Source: a virus. Taken from it: a DNA stretch of 64,000 nucleotides. The notes beneath the pieces are model-generated. The model saw only the letters and a program-made list of their open reading frames with translations, ran no database searches and was not told where the DNA came from. Below, piece after piece: positions 51,001-59,831 of the stretch. Each line of letters begins with the position of its first letter. Within the stretch, counting starts at the first letter, position 1. Location of the stretch: IMG/VR virus record IMGVR_UViG_3300032241_002567, positions 32,001 through 96,000 of that record; one strand, given 5' to 3'. Both the position numbers and the translations under genes were made by a program.

Positions 51001-52063
51001 AAACATTACCTACTGTATCTAAATAAGTATTAGTATAACTATTTATAGTTACTAACTGTTGATTATAAGATAAAAAATCTATTGATTGCTGGTTTGAATC
51101 TAATAAACTATCGCTATTTATTAAGTTATTACCAAGTAAATCAATTGCTCCTGTTGGAAAATCTTGTTCTAATAAATCAGAATTAAAAGCGCAGAATAAA
51201 CCAGTAACTTGTGTGTCTTGATTTATAACATTTTCAATAAAAATATTTTGATTATTTTGATCTCTAAAATATGGAATAAAACTTAAACCTTGATAATATT
51301 TAAGTAAAGTAACATTTCTATCATTAATAAAATTTTGAACTTGTCCTTTTAATAAACCAGTTGAATCAAAATATTTAGACCAATTAGTATCAACTGATAG
51401 AGATTGATAATTTGACCAATCACCTGCTACTACTACTACATCTACCATGTAATCTGATACATAATCAGTTGGATAAACATATGACGGGATATTTGTAACT
51501 GAACCATACCATTGAGTCATAGTAACATCAAATCCAGTTGCGGTTGTTTTGAAAACAAATGCTGTTATATAAGATCCAGATACATTAGTAAAATTAAGAA
51601 GTCTTTTAGAATAATTTTCATTATTTGAAACTAATGATAAGAAAGAATCTGTGCTTAATTTCCAAAAACCAGTTGTGTCATAAAAAGCACTTAATGATCC
51701 AGTTTTAATAACATCATTAGAATTGTTAGTAGATGTTGATAAAGGTTCATATTGTATTTGATCTAAAATAGGATCTGTTTCTAGAAGGTTTAAAGCATAT
51801 ACTGGTGAAGATTGAATCATCTGAGCAATTGTTCTTTGAAAAAAAGAACCTTTTCTTTCTAATGTTCTATCAATACCACCGAAATAGTTTGTTAAATCTT
51901 GTGTTGTTTGAATAAGCACAGGAGTATTTATAGGACCAGTCTTAGAAACACCTATAACTAAATTTGTAATACCTTGAACTGTGTTACTAGATAATACGCT
52001 ATTGTCATATTCGTTTATAAAAATTCCTGGTCTTTTATAATTACTTATTATTACTGCTGGCAT
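48083..52063 (-). CDS. Tail sheath protein (gp18-like) with large insertions
   Basis: RPGIFINEYD..., GPINTP, VPPA, AAG..G, MNPI, LHVREVLI, QFNT..TR, CDSENNT. Confidence 0.92.
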   Translation of the reverse strand: MPAVIISNYKRPGIFINEYDNSVLSSNTVQGITNLVIGVSKTGPINTPVLIQTTQDLTNYFGGIDRTLERKGSFFQRTIAQMIQSSPVYALNLLETDPILDQIQYEPLSTSTNNSNDVIKTGSLSAFYDTTGFWKLSTDSFLSLVSNNENYSKRLLNFTNVSGSYITAFVFKTTATGFDVTMTQWYGSVTNIPSYVYPTDYVSDYMVDVVVVAGDWSNYQSLSVDTNWSKYFDSTGLLKGQVQNFINDRNVTLLKYYQGLSFIPYFRDQNNQNIFIENVINQDTQVTGLFCAFNSDLLEQDFPTGAIDLLGNNLINSDSLLDSNQQSIDFLSYNQQLVTINSYTNTYLDTVGNVYSIDPGPSYDFYNGYGGSIRTNTFAEERVSGVYFNTSTFSSLTAAVSYTVASGNNVYNNQSAYAIIGGNLVNIYSGVYTFSVPATNFASASGTYSYISTIKLDTTGAITNVTSTTPGVNPTVATTDIVLGYMQLNLNSGNIVGLSYSNITIGTNSASNGSFAYNDLQYNTDYVITSSGLNSITLTFTNSAAFPDTSNYTQYRRIKRFNALRTLLESVEIEKAAIMTVIDSTGVYQKFSMANMSISAVTDNTLNKSITISNMGFTSTQFYNYVLPTFNSANGFLIYASDNELILSDNEIITSSLPASNSLIGASAYGVAGQYSTIYQDYYNGEINTGDYFYANVLSTNGTATYTASTIHFINTSGLTGSSAVYNGLNFISIQGAQSGNPFNNNLGVSYFNLMVPDSVLNNGVLTIETDPYGSHPIGYNYTTILGITTSNTYTYLVSDSVTSETLYNINRIWSTDTKYYLAMNINSNNNLTIKITGNDLYTYQGNHTSLFNNWGINGTFNINSYESNYQETIEIVVPSGYTQVSNQILINSSRYSNLAVGDFLLQDNSSADLQVGQQAKNLTRIISKKVYSADTTLSLITCDAAIFKFPVGSPTSTTYQTMRYSSLDNYVTTYKAIPLQGFRIRQASLPDGTEATQNNILNLVAKGTPLYNALINKDAIDFRYLVDSFGLGLTEFSKQQLVDICGGRLNCLGFINMPSLKQFKNSSSPSFTNTLSNGTKVLDTALIAQGGDINNNPAFLYSFGEGAGTTCVGYFTPYLTVNDNGNPISVPPAMFVASTYMRKFTTNVTSIVPWTIAAGVQNGLIQGIAGVEMDFSPTDINNLNGAQMNPIIYKKNRGWIIDTENTALTLYKSALSFLHVREVLIELENALVDMLLNYQWQFNTQDTRAEIKLRADVICAGFVNKNGLYNYFNKCDSENNTTTLIDNQIGVLDTYIEPIKGMSVIVNNITVLKTGAIQAGGFQSL

Positions 52064-52140
52064 AATTGTATATTATTTTTATATTTATGTTATATATTAA
52101 TATCTAAAATCATTTTTTGTCGATTTTAATTTCCATTAGA

Positions 52141-52761
52141 TTATTGTTTTAGATTTTGAATCCTCTTCTTAGCCTCTTCTAATTCTTTTTTCTTTAAATC
52201 TAATTCTTTTTTAGCTTGTATCTTAAGATTAGCGGCATTAGAATTTGCATCTTTCATTTTATTTTCTTGATCTTTTATATCATTTTGTGCTGTTTGAATA
52301 TCATTTCTAGTAACTTGACTATCTCCTTGATTTTGTTGTAAATCTTTTTGTTTTTCTTCTAAATCTTTTTGTTTTTGTTGTAAAGTTTCCTCAGATTTTT
52401 TAACATTTCTTTCTTGTTCTAATTCTTCGGCATATTTAGCAAAAAGAGGATTAGATGGAGTATTAGGATCATCTTTTTGATCTGGATTTTTCCAAAGTAT
52501 TTGTCCTTTAGTTTTAGAAGTTGGGTGTTTAAGAAACTTTGCTGCTAATAATTTATTATATAAATCTTGTGCTATACCTGTTTCAGATGGTTTTTCATCA
52601 TCGATATAAGTATCGTATATTTGTTTTAATTTAGCTTTATATTTATCAAATTGCTTTTTATTCATTTCAGATTGATTAAAAAGAGTCATGTCTGCCTTTA
52701 TATCTAAAGGTACTTGCTCTTTATCTAAATCAAAATTTTCGTATGTTTTTAAATATTTCAT
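52141..52761 (-). CDS. Coiled-coil protein with MKYLKTYENF tag
   Basis: Q/K/E-rich C-terminal coiled coil. Confidence 0.7.
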   Translation of the reverse strand: MKYLKTYENFDLDKEQVPLDIKADMTLFNQSEMNKKQFDKYKAKLKQIYDTYIDDEKPSETGIAQDLYNKLLAAKFLKHPTSKTKGQILWKNPDQKDDPNTPSNPLFAKYAEELEQERNVKKSEETLQQKQKDLEEKQKDLQQNQGDSQVTRNDIQTAQNDIKDQENKMKDANSNAANLKIQAKKELDLKKKELEEAKKRIQNLKQ

Positions 52762-55361
52762 TTTCCTGCTAATAAATTATAATATGTTTCATATGAAATA
52801 CCTTCAAAATCTTTTTTAAGTCTTGTAGGATCACTGAGTGTTTTACCAACAACAGATTCATCGCCAAATTCAGAACCTTTCATCAATTTAGCTAATGGTG
52901 CTCTAAGTTGTGTTTTTCTACCAATCCCTTTATCAGCACCAATAATAGTTGGCATAATGATTTCTTCTTCTATTTGGTCTGATAAATTTTTTTGATTCGT
53001 TGCTTTTTTTATACTTTTGAATTTAAATTTATTACCGTCTGATATAGGTTTTTCCATTTTAATTAATCCCATAAAGACATCACAATTAGCTTTGATTGGC
53101 TCATTGAAATAACTTTTTTCTAGTTGTGATCCACCATAGTAAGCCCATATAAGACTTTCATTAAGCTTAGTGTATTTTACTAGTATATTGTTTTCTTGTT
53201 TTTCTATTACTTCACAAACTAATGTTGGATGTTTTGTTTTGATTATTTTTTTACCACTATTATCTTCTACTTCTTTTGAAGAAGTATATGTTATAGCAAA
53301 AAAGTTTCCTTTATCTAATTGATTATATGATAAACTTTTAGTTTCTTGCCAAAACAATTTATCACTAGTTTTAGTTTCATTTTCTAAATCTTTTTTATCA
53401 TCAGAATATTTAGTTTCAATATCTTTCATATCTAGTCCAAAATATTTACTTATTAAAGTTGCTCTATTTTTTTCGTAAGATTTTAAAGTATTTTCATTAA
53501 TCATATCTCTAATAAATTGCCCTAATGGATTGCCTGTAACAATTTTTTTACCCAATGTTGTTTTCATTTGCCCCCCACTTAATAACTTTTGATATCTAGG
53601 ATTTTCTAATAAAGCAGAAATTTGATCAGTAAATTTATCATATATTTTAATATTTACCCAAGGGCCATATCCAGGGCCAGCATTTTCACTAGGCACCGGC
53701 GCACTTTCTCTACTAGAACCAATATATTTATATTCACTATAAGTTTGCATAGAAATTTTTCCATTAGGTCTATTTGAAGGTATAGTATTATGTTTATATA
53801 AACGATAGGCTTGACCAAATAAATTAGCAATAGAAATTATACTTTCTCTTGCATCTTTATTTTGTTTCATTTCTTCTTTCATTTTATTGGTATTTGCTGG
53901 CATTTCAACACTATTTTCAACTTTTTCTGCAATTTCATTTGCTTTTTTTAGTTCAACTTTCCATTTATTTTCTTCACCTTCAGAAAAATATTTTTCCCAA
54001 ATTGTTTTAACGTTTTTTTCTTCACTTTCTTCGGTTTCATTTTCTTCTATCGATTCAACTTCTTCTTTTGATATATTTTCTTCTTCTGGTGATGGGGGAA
54101 GTGTAGCAATTTCCTCAAAAATTAAAGATTCTTTTTTAAGTGAGGAAATATTATATTCTTTTAACATAGATTCATATAAATTTATTATATTATCTATGTT
54201 AAGATATTTTTTATCTTTTAATGAATAAAATATTTGTAACATTGAAGCTATATCTTTTGAAATTTTATCAATATTTAAAGATTCGGTTACTGAAAAGCCT
54301 TTTATTTCATTAAAATTTTCTATAATAGAATAACCTAATTTTTTCAACTCATCTGAATTCTGATTATTTACCAATGTTCTTATTTCATTTAAATTTGATT
54401 TTAAATTTAAGTTAAAGACTCTTAATAGATTTTCATATGTTTTATCAGTTTGAATATGTACTGGTAAATTACTTTCTTTTATAAAATTAAAATATTTTAA
54501 TTGTAAAAAATTTTCTTGTAATAAGCCATTTTTAACAATTAAAACTTTTTTTGTCTTTGGATCAGTATAATCAATATTTATAACTGGTTCTAATTTTACA
54601 TTTTTTGGATCAATAGTAAATATTGTTTTTGGGTATGTTATATATTGCAATTTTAAACCATTTGTATCTATATCTAAAATTTTAACAAATCCAATTTTAT
54701 TGTCCTTTGATGTATATTTATAAATTTTTCCCTTTTCAAATTTAGATTCTTCTTGTTTTTTTGGTTCATTTTGTATTTCATTGCCAAATATTAATAATTC
54801 TTTCAAAAATGATAAAACAGAATCATCAAAATTATCTTCTATTTGTTCTTCTTGTTTTGGAATTTTCATTTTTTCAAGTTCTTCTTTGAATTTTTCTAAT
54901 TTATCAATTAAATCTTGTTTATTTCCTCCTTCGAAACTATCATCAGGAAGTTTATTTATGAAATCTATGCAACCTGATATTAAACCATTTTCACCATTTT
55001 CTTTATCTAAAAGAAATTTAATTTTTTCTTCATCTGTTCGCTCACCAGCTACTATATTATAAATTTCTCTTAAAATTTCTTTGACTAATAAATCATTAGC
55101 AGCATTTTTTTCATCTGAAAAAGCAACTGCTATATTTTCTAATTCTTTTTCAATTGATTTAACTACTCCATCAATTTTAGTTAAATTATACCCAATTTTT
55201 AATTTTCTAATAGCTGAATTAATAAATCTACCTAATAAAGATCCACCAAAAGTAATATTATTTGTTAATGAAGATTCATTTATTTTAAATTCTTCTTTTG
55301 TTTCAACTTTTATATCGTTAATTGTGGATAAAAATCCATTCCTATTGTATAAATATTTCAT
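52758..55361 (-). CDS. Large putative internal head protein with MKYL tag
   Basis: Late promoter 55384-55392; several (I/L/V)xES putative prohead-protease sites. Confidence 0.65.
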   Translation of the reverse strand: MKYLYNRNGFLSTINDIKVETKEEFKINESSLTNNITFGGSLLGRFINSAIRKLKIGYNLTKIDGVVKSIEKELENIAVAFSDEKNAANDLLVKEILREIYNIVAGERTDEEKIKFLLDKENGENGLISGCIDFINKLPDDSFEGGNKQDLIDKLEKFKEELEKMKIPKQEEQIEDNFDDSVLSFLKELLIFGNEIQNEPKKQEESKFEKGKIYKYTSKDNKIGFVKILDIDTNGLKLQYITYPKTIFTIDPKNVKLEPVINIDYTDPKTKKVLIVKNGLLQENFLQLKYFNFIKESNLPVHIQTDKTYENLLRVFNLNLKSNLNEIRTLVNNQNSDELKKLGYSIIENFNEIKGFSVTESLNIDKISKDIASMLQIFYSLKDKKYLNIDNIINLYESMLKEYNISSLKKESLIFEEIATLPPSPEEENISKEEVESIEENETEESEEKNVKTIWEKYFSEGEENKWKVELKKANEIAEKVENSVEMPANTNKMKEEMKQNKDARESIISIANLFGQAYRLYKHNTIPSNRPNGKISMQTYSEYKYIGSSRESAPVPSENAGPGYGPWVNIKIYDKFTDQISALLENPRYQKLLSGGQMKTTLGKKIVTGNPLGQFIRDMINENTLKSYEKNRATLISKYFGLDMKDIETKYSDDKKDLENETKTSDKLFWQETKSLSYNQLDKGNFFAITYTSSKEVEDNSGKKIIKTKHPTLVCEVIEKQENNILVKYTKLNESLIWAYYGGSQLEKSYFNEPIKANCDVFMGLIKMEKPISDGNKFKFKSIKKATNQKNLSDQIEEEIIMPTIIGADKGIGRKTQLRAPLAKLMKGSEFGDESVVGKTLSDPTRLKKDFEGISYETYYNLLAGK

Positions 55362-55496
55362 GAAAAAATATAATATTTTTAAGTATATATTAAACCTCTA
55401 AATCCTATTATAAAAAATTATAAAAAAACCTAATTTGAGGCATAAAATCTAATTTTTTTTGAAATATATAATGTATTAATTTAATAAATTAATTTT

Positions 55497-55781
55497 ATGA
55501 GATTCAAGGAATTAAAGGTAGGTGAAAAGATTTTAACAAATTCTATGAATATAGAAGAAGAACTTACCAAACACAATATGCAGTGGTTAATTAACTCTGA
55601 AATAGAGAATGCTGTAGTGGAAATCAAAAACAATACATTAATCTGGAAAAATGGGACTTTTTTTGCTGGCAATTGGTATTATGGTATATGGCAAGATGGC
55701 AATTTTCACGGAACATGGGAAAATGGTATATGGGAAAATGGTCACTTTGACGGTAAATGGAAGTCTGGGATTAAAAACTAA
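55497..55781 (+). CDS. Gx(W/F)xx pentapeptide-repeat protein
   Basis: WKNGTFFAGNWYYGIWQDGNFHGTWENGIWENG. Confidence 0.75.
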   Translation: MRFKELKVGEKILTNSMNIEEELTKHNMQWLINSEIENAVVEIKNNTLIWKNGTFFAGNWYYGIWQDGNFHGTWENGIWENGHFDGKWKSGIKN

Positions 55782-55815
55782 TCCAGAAATGGATATAAAA
55801 AATAAATTTTCTTTT

Positions 55816-56274
55816 ATGAAAAAGAAAAGGGTTTTAACGAAAGTAAAAGAAATAACTGAAGTTATTTATGCATCAAGTAGAGTTAGAGTAAGTAAAGAAT
55901 TAAACGGCGAATTATTTTTTGAAATTGAAAATGAAATTACATCAGATTTATCAGAGGCAATAGCAATAGCATTACATAAGGGAATTATAGATAAAGAATT
56001 TTGGAAAATAACATTTAATATTGATATAAATAATATATCTCCTGATAAAGCTTTATACTGGCTTTCAGGCGGTGACATAGAATGGATTTCTAAAAACCAT
56101 TATAACTTTAATTGGTCAGAAGTTTATTTAGCTTACCAGGAAGAATTTGGACTAAGTATCATAGATATTATATCTAATTCATATAATTTTGAAGAAATTA
56201 AAAAAGAATTTTTAAATAAATTAAATCTTTCTATCTTATATGAATTCGCACTTGAAAATAATTTTGTTAAATAA
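55816..56274 (+). CDS. Hypothetical protein
   Basis: Start likely MKKKRV (55816) or 55789. Confidence 0.6.
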   Translation: MKKKRVLTKVKEITEVIYASSRVRVSKELNGELFFEIENEITSDLSEAIAIALHKGIIDKEFWKITFNIDINNISPDKALYWLSGGDIEWISKNHYNFNWSEVYLAYQEEFGLSIIDIISNSYNFEEIKKEFLNKLNLSILYEFALENNFVK

Positions 56275-56310
56275 TTAAAAAGGAAGGCATATTAATGCCT
56301 TCCTTTTTAA
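56275..56310. terminator. Rho-independent terminator
   Basis: AAAAAGGAAGGCAT-ATTA-ATGCCTTCCTTTTT; right arm abuts a late promoter. Confidence 0.8.
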
Positions 56311-56320
56311 TATATACACT

Positions 56321-56590
56321 ATGGAAAATAAATCAATTTGCTCAAATCCATGGTGTAAAGCACCTTATTCATATGAAGGAGATATTGCTCCTGGTCAATG
56401 TCCTAAATGTATAAGTTTTGATAAAGACTTATCAGGTGGAGTTACTTGGGTTACGAAAAATTATACAGAACCAAGAGACGATGGTAGAGTACACGAAATT
56501 ATGATAAATATGGATGGAATGAGTAAATCAAATTATAGTGGAAATGGAAGACCTTTATTGGGTTTAATTAAAAAATTTTTAGGAAAATGA
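56321..56590 (+). CDS. Zinc-ribbon protein
   Basis: CSNPWC...CPKC. Confidence 0.7.
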   Translation: MENKSICSNPWCKAPYSYEGDIAPGQCPKCISFDKDLSGGVTWVTKNYTEPRDDGRVHEIMINMDGMSKSNYSGNGRPLLGLIKKFLGK

Positions 56591-57429
56591 TAGGACACAT
56601 TTTTGATATTGATACATTAATTAGTGTTGATTCACATCCTTGGATTGTTGATAAAAATAATCCAAATAATCCGTTAATGAAAATTTCTAAAACAGATTAT
56701 AATTTATTTAAAAATGGAGTTTATAAAAAGCAAGGAAATAAAATCGAATATAATGGAAAAACATATTGGCTTCCAAGTGATGTGTTTGAAAAATTAAAAG
56801 TTATTGCTAAAAAAAATAAAATTGGATTGAATGACTTTGCTATATCTTTAAAAGAATTTTTAAATGAAGATATGGCTGATGAATTAAATTTTGAAATAAA
56901 TTGGGAATCTATTAAACATTTAAAAAATAAAAACGAAGATATTTATATAGTTTGCTCTAATAATACTGAAAAATATTATGGAAAAATTTTAAAGAAATTA
57001 ATGGAAAAATTAAAATGGGAAGGAATAGATGTTAAGAAATTTTATTATATTAATGAAACATTTTACAATATTAATACCGATGAAATAATTTTTAAAAAGG
57101 CATTAATTAATTTACAACATTTAATAGGATATGAAATTCAAAAAGAAAAGTTTATAGATAAAGAAGTTACAAAATATTCAAAATTAAATTTTTATGATAA
57201 TGACTTTGACACATTAAAAATGATAGATGAAATTAATTCATATTTAAGGTTTATATTATCTAAATCAGATGTTGGAATCAAACAAGTTGTAAAAGAAGGA
57301 ATTGACTATGATAAACCAGAATTTGTAGTAAATAAAATAACAGGAAATAAATATAATAATATTATAACAAAATCAGTTAAAATTAATAATTCTTATCTAA
57401 TGAAATTTGAAAATTTTAAATGGAAATAA
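56587..57429 (+). CDS. HAD-like protein with C-terminal YLMKFENF motif
   Basis: FDIDTL, IVCS, FYDND. Confidence 0.55.
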   Translation: MIGHIFDIDTLISVDSHPWIVDKNNPNNPLMKISKTDYNLFKNGVYKKQGNKIEYNGKTYWLPSDVFEKLKVIAKKNKIGLNDFAISLKEFLNEDMADELNFEINWESIKHLKNKNEDIYIVCSNNTEKYYGKILKKLMEKLKWEGIDVKKFYYINETFYNINTDEIIFKKALINLQHLIGYEIQKEKFIDKEVTKYSKLNFYDNDFDTLKMIDEINSYLRFILSKSDVGIKQVVKEGIDYDKPEFVVNKITGNKYNNIITKSVKINNSYLMKFENFKWK

Positions 57430-57461
57430 AAAAAGCGGTTTTAAACCGCTTTTTTTATTTC
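57423..57461. terminator. Bidirectional terminator including both stop codons
   Basis: 19-nt perfect arms. Confidence 0.8.
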
Positions 57462-57820
57462 TTTTTCTTCCTTGCTTTAGCTTTTTTTGCCTGTGCCCAT
57501 AATTTAGCATCCGCCTTTCTTGCTCCGCCAGCACCAGTTATAAACGAATTGACTCTTCCGGTTGCCCAAGCTTCCTGAGGTGTACCAGGACGATGTCCGG
57601 AATTCCAAGCGGCTCTTCCTTTTTTATATACTTTTTTTAGAATAGAAGAAGGTATACCACTTGCCTTTGATTTATTTGCTATCATTTTTGCGGCTTTTGA
57701 ATTTGGATTATCAACCGAACCTGATTCTGAGCCTTCTAAAATAATATCTTCTATTAAATAGAAATAATCTTTAAAATCAATATCTTCGCAAAAATTTTCA
57801 AAAGTTTTAATATTTACCAT
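57455..57820 (-). CDS. DUF5824-like protein (C-terminal domain) with MVNIKTFENF tag
   Basis: SGIP..IL..VY..G.AAW.SGHRPG..Q.AWA..RVNSF..G...RKAD. Confidence 0.7.
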   Translation of the reverse strand: MVNIKTFENFCEDIDFKDYFYLIEDIILEGSESGSVDNPNSKAAKMIANKSKASGIPSSILKKVYKKGRAAWNSGHRPGTPQEAWATGRVNSFITGAGGARKADAKLWAQAKKAKARKKKK

Positions 57821-57894
57821 AAATAAGTTATTTACTTATATATTTTGAATAAAATCATAACACCAGGAACGTGCCCACTATTAATATATAATAT

Positions 57895-58938
57895 ATGAAA
57901 CATAAACATCATATTATACCAAAACACATGGGAGGTTCGAATGAAAACGAAAATTTAATTGAATTGACGATTGAAGAACATGCTGAGGCGCATAAAATTT
58001 TATATGAAAAATATGGCAAATTAGAAGACTTTTTAGCTTGGCGAGGTCTATTAGGTCAGATAAGTAAAGAAGAAATAATTTCAGAAATTTCAAAACAGAA
58101 TGGCAAAATTAATGGTAAATTTTGTTTTGAAAATAAATTAGGTATATTTTCTTTAACAGACAAAGAGAAAAAACTAAAAAATTATAAAGGCGGAAAAATA
58201 AGTGGTCTAAAAAATGCCAAATCAGGGCATTGTGCTAAAATTGCCAATTTGGGTGGTAAAGCATCTTCTGGTATGAAATTTTGGTTTAATCCAAAAACTA
58301 ATAAAGAAACCAGGTCTTTTGAATGTCCGGGAAAAGAATGGATACCTGGTATTAAAATGGAACGAATAAATATAGAAAATTTAAAAAAACACTCTAATAA
58401 TGTTAAAGGAAAATTTTGGATTCACAATCCAGATACAAATGAGTCTAAAATGATATCATCAATAGATGAAATGCCTGAAGAGTTTATTTATGGTAGAAAA
58501 ATTGAAATTAAAAATACCATTGAATTAATAAATGTTGGTTTTAATTTTAAATCAGAATTACCAAAAATAAAGTCAGAATTTAAAGATATTAGATTTGATA
58601 ATTCATACAAAAGATGGATATTTGAATTTGAATTAAATAATAAAAAACATAAAATTACACACATAGATTATTATGGACTTTTATGGAGTAGAGATTGTAT
58701 TATTAATTATTATAAATTAGATAAGATAAAATCAAAAAAAATAGAAGATTCATTATCTAAAGAAGAAATTTCAGAATTGCTTAAAGATTTTAAAGAATAT
58801 TTAAAAATTAAAAATATTTTGGCAAAAAAACTAAAAAAATCAAAAAAAGATGCATATTTTAAAAAATTATTAGAATATGAAAAAAATTATGATATTGTAT
58901 TAGAAAAAATTCAAATTTATGATAAAAAAGAGGATTAA
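57895..58938 (+). CDS. HNH homing endonuclease
   Basis: HKHHIIPKHMGG.N...NL..LT.EEH..AH; W..NP.T.E repeats. Confidence 0.88.
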   Translation: MKHKHHIIPKHMGGSNENENLIELTIEEHAEAHKILYEKYGKLEDFLAWRGLLGQISKEEIISEISKQNGKINGKFCFENKLGIFSLTDKEKKLKNYKGGKISGLKNAKSGHCAKIANLGGKASSGMKFWFNPKTNKETRSFECPGKEWIPGIKMERINIENLKKHSNNVKGKFWIHNPDTNESKMISSIDEMPEEFIYGRKIEIKNTIELINVGFNFKSELPKIKSEFKDIRFDNSYKRWIFEFELNNKKHKITHIDYYGLLWSRDCIINYYKLDKIKSKKIEDSLSKEEISELLKDFKEYLKIKNILAKKLKKSKKDAYFKKLLEYEKNYDIVLEKIQIYDKKED

Positions 58939-58958
58939 ATTAATCCTCTTTTTTATCA
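58920..58958. repeat. Inverted repeat formed by the 3' ends of two convergent genes (both end DKKED*)
   Basis: TGATAAAAAAGAGGATTAA-A-TTAATCCTCTTTTTTATCA. Confidence 0.95.
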
Positions 58959-59209
58959 AACATTCTTTGATAAGCTTTGGTTGCTGCGGATTTTTTAGTT
59001 TTTACTCTTTTGCCTTTACCACCTTTTCCAGAAGTATAATCAGCATCCCAGTCTTTTTTATATTCTTTTTTACCACGAAATCTATCAATTTCTTTTTTCA
59101 TAGCACCAGGATTTTTTGTCAAATATTTACCTGGTATTTTATGACCTTTATAATATTCAGATTTCTTTTTTTCAAGTAAAAATTCTTCAAAAGTAAAAAT
59201 ATTTTCCAT
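58940..59209 (-). CDS. Basic protein (DUF5824-like N-terminal part) with MENIFTFEEFLLE tag
   Basis: P.KYL...KTKKS..T..Y..MF. Confidence 0.65.
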   Translation of the reverse strand: MENIFTFEEFLLEKKKSEYYKGHKIPGKYLTKNPGAMKKEIDRFRGKKEYKKDWDADYTSGKGGKGKRVKTKKSAATKAYQRMFDKKED

Positions 59210-59219
59210 TAACTATATA

Positions 59220-59831
59220 TTATGGTTTATTTTTCAAATATTTTGATATTGCATCATTAAGATTTCTAGAATCCATTACTATATTATCTTTTGTTTCTTC
59301 GTCTTCAAATTCTTCTTCAACCATTTGATTTTGAACTTCATTTAATCCAAAATCTTTTCTCATTTCTTTCCAGAATTTTTCTAAATCTGTTTTAACTGAT
59401 GTATTAAATTTAATATTATCTCTCATCTGTGCCATAGTTTGATTTACAACTTCATGCATCCTTGCATTATTTTCACCATTATCAACTTGTCTTAATTGTG
59501 ATATTAATGTTTTTCTTGTCATCTTAATTAAGAATAAAGTTTCGGCATAGTTTTGAGCGTCTTCTTCTATTTTATTTTTGATATACTGGTGTTCTTTCAT
59601 CTTGGGCGCATCACCTAAATAAAGATCTAATAAGGAATTTAATACATTATCTGCACGATTTTTTGACTCTGATAAATCATTTTCGTAATTATAAATTTCA
59701 ATCTCACCTAATTCTGGCAAATCATCTAATTTAGCGAGATACATATTAACATCTAAATCTTTATTTTCTTCTTGAATTTTGTTAAATTCTTCTTGAAGAT
59801 TATTTATTTTTTCATTTTTCTTATCCGCCAT
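59220..59831 (-). CDS. Putative terminase small subunit
   Basis: Helical, ARMHEV motif, divergent from the large terminase. Confidence 0.5.
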   Translation of the reverse strand: MADKKNEKINNLQEEFNKIQEENKDLDVNMYLAKLDDLPELGEIEIYNYENDLSESKNRADNVLNSLLDLYLGDAPKMKEHQYIKNKIEEDAQNYAETLFLIKMTRKTLISQLRQVDNGENNARMHEVVNQTMAQMRDNIKFNTSVKTDLEKFWKEMRKDFGLNEVQNQMVEEEFEDEETKDNIVMDSRNLNDAISKYLKNKP

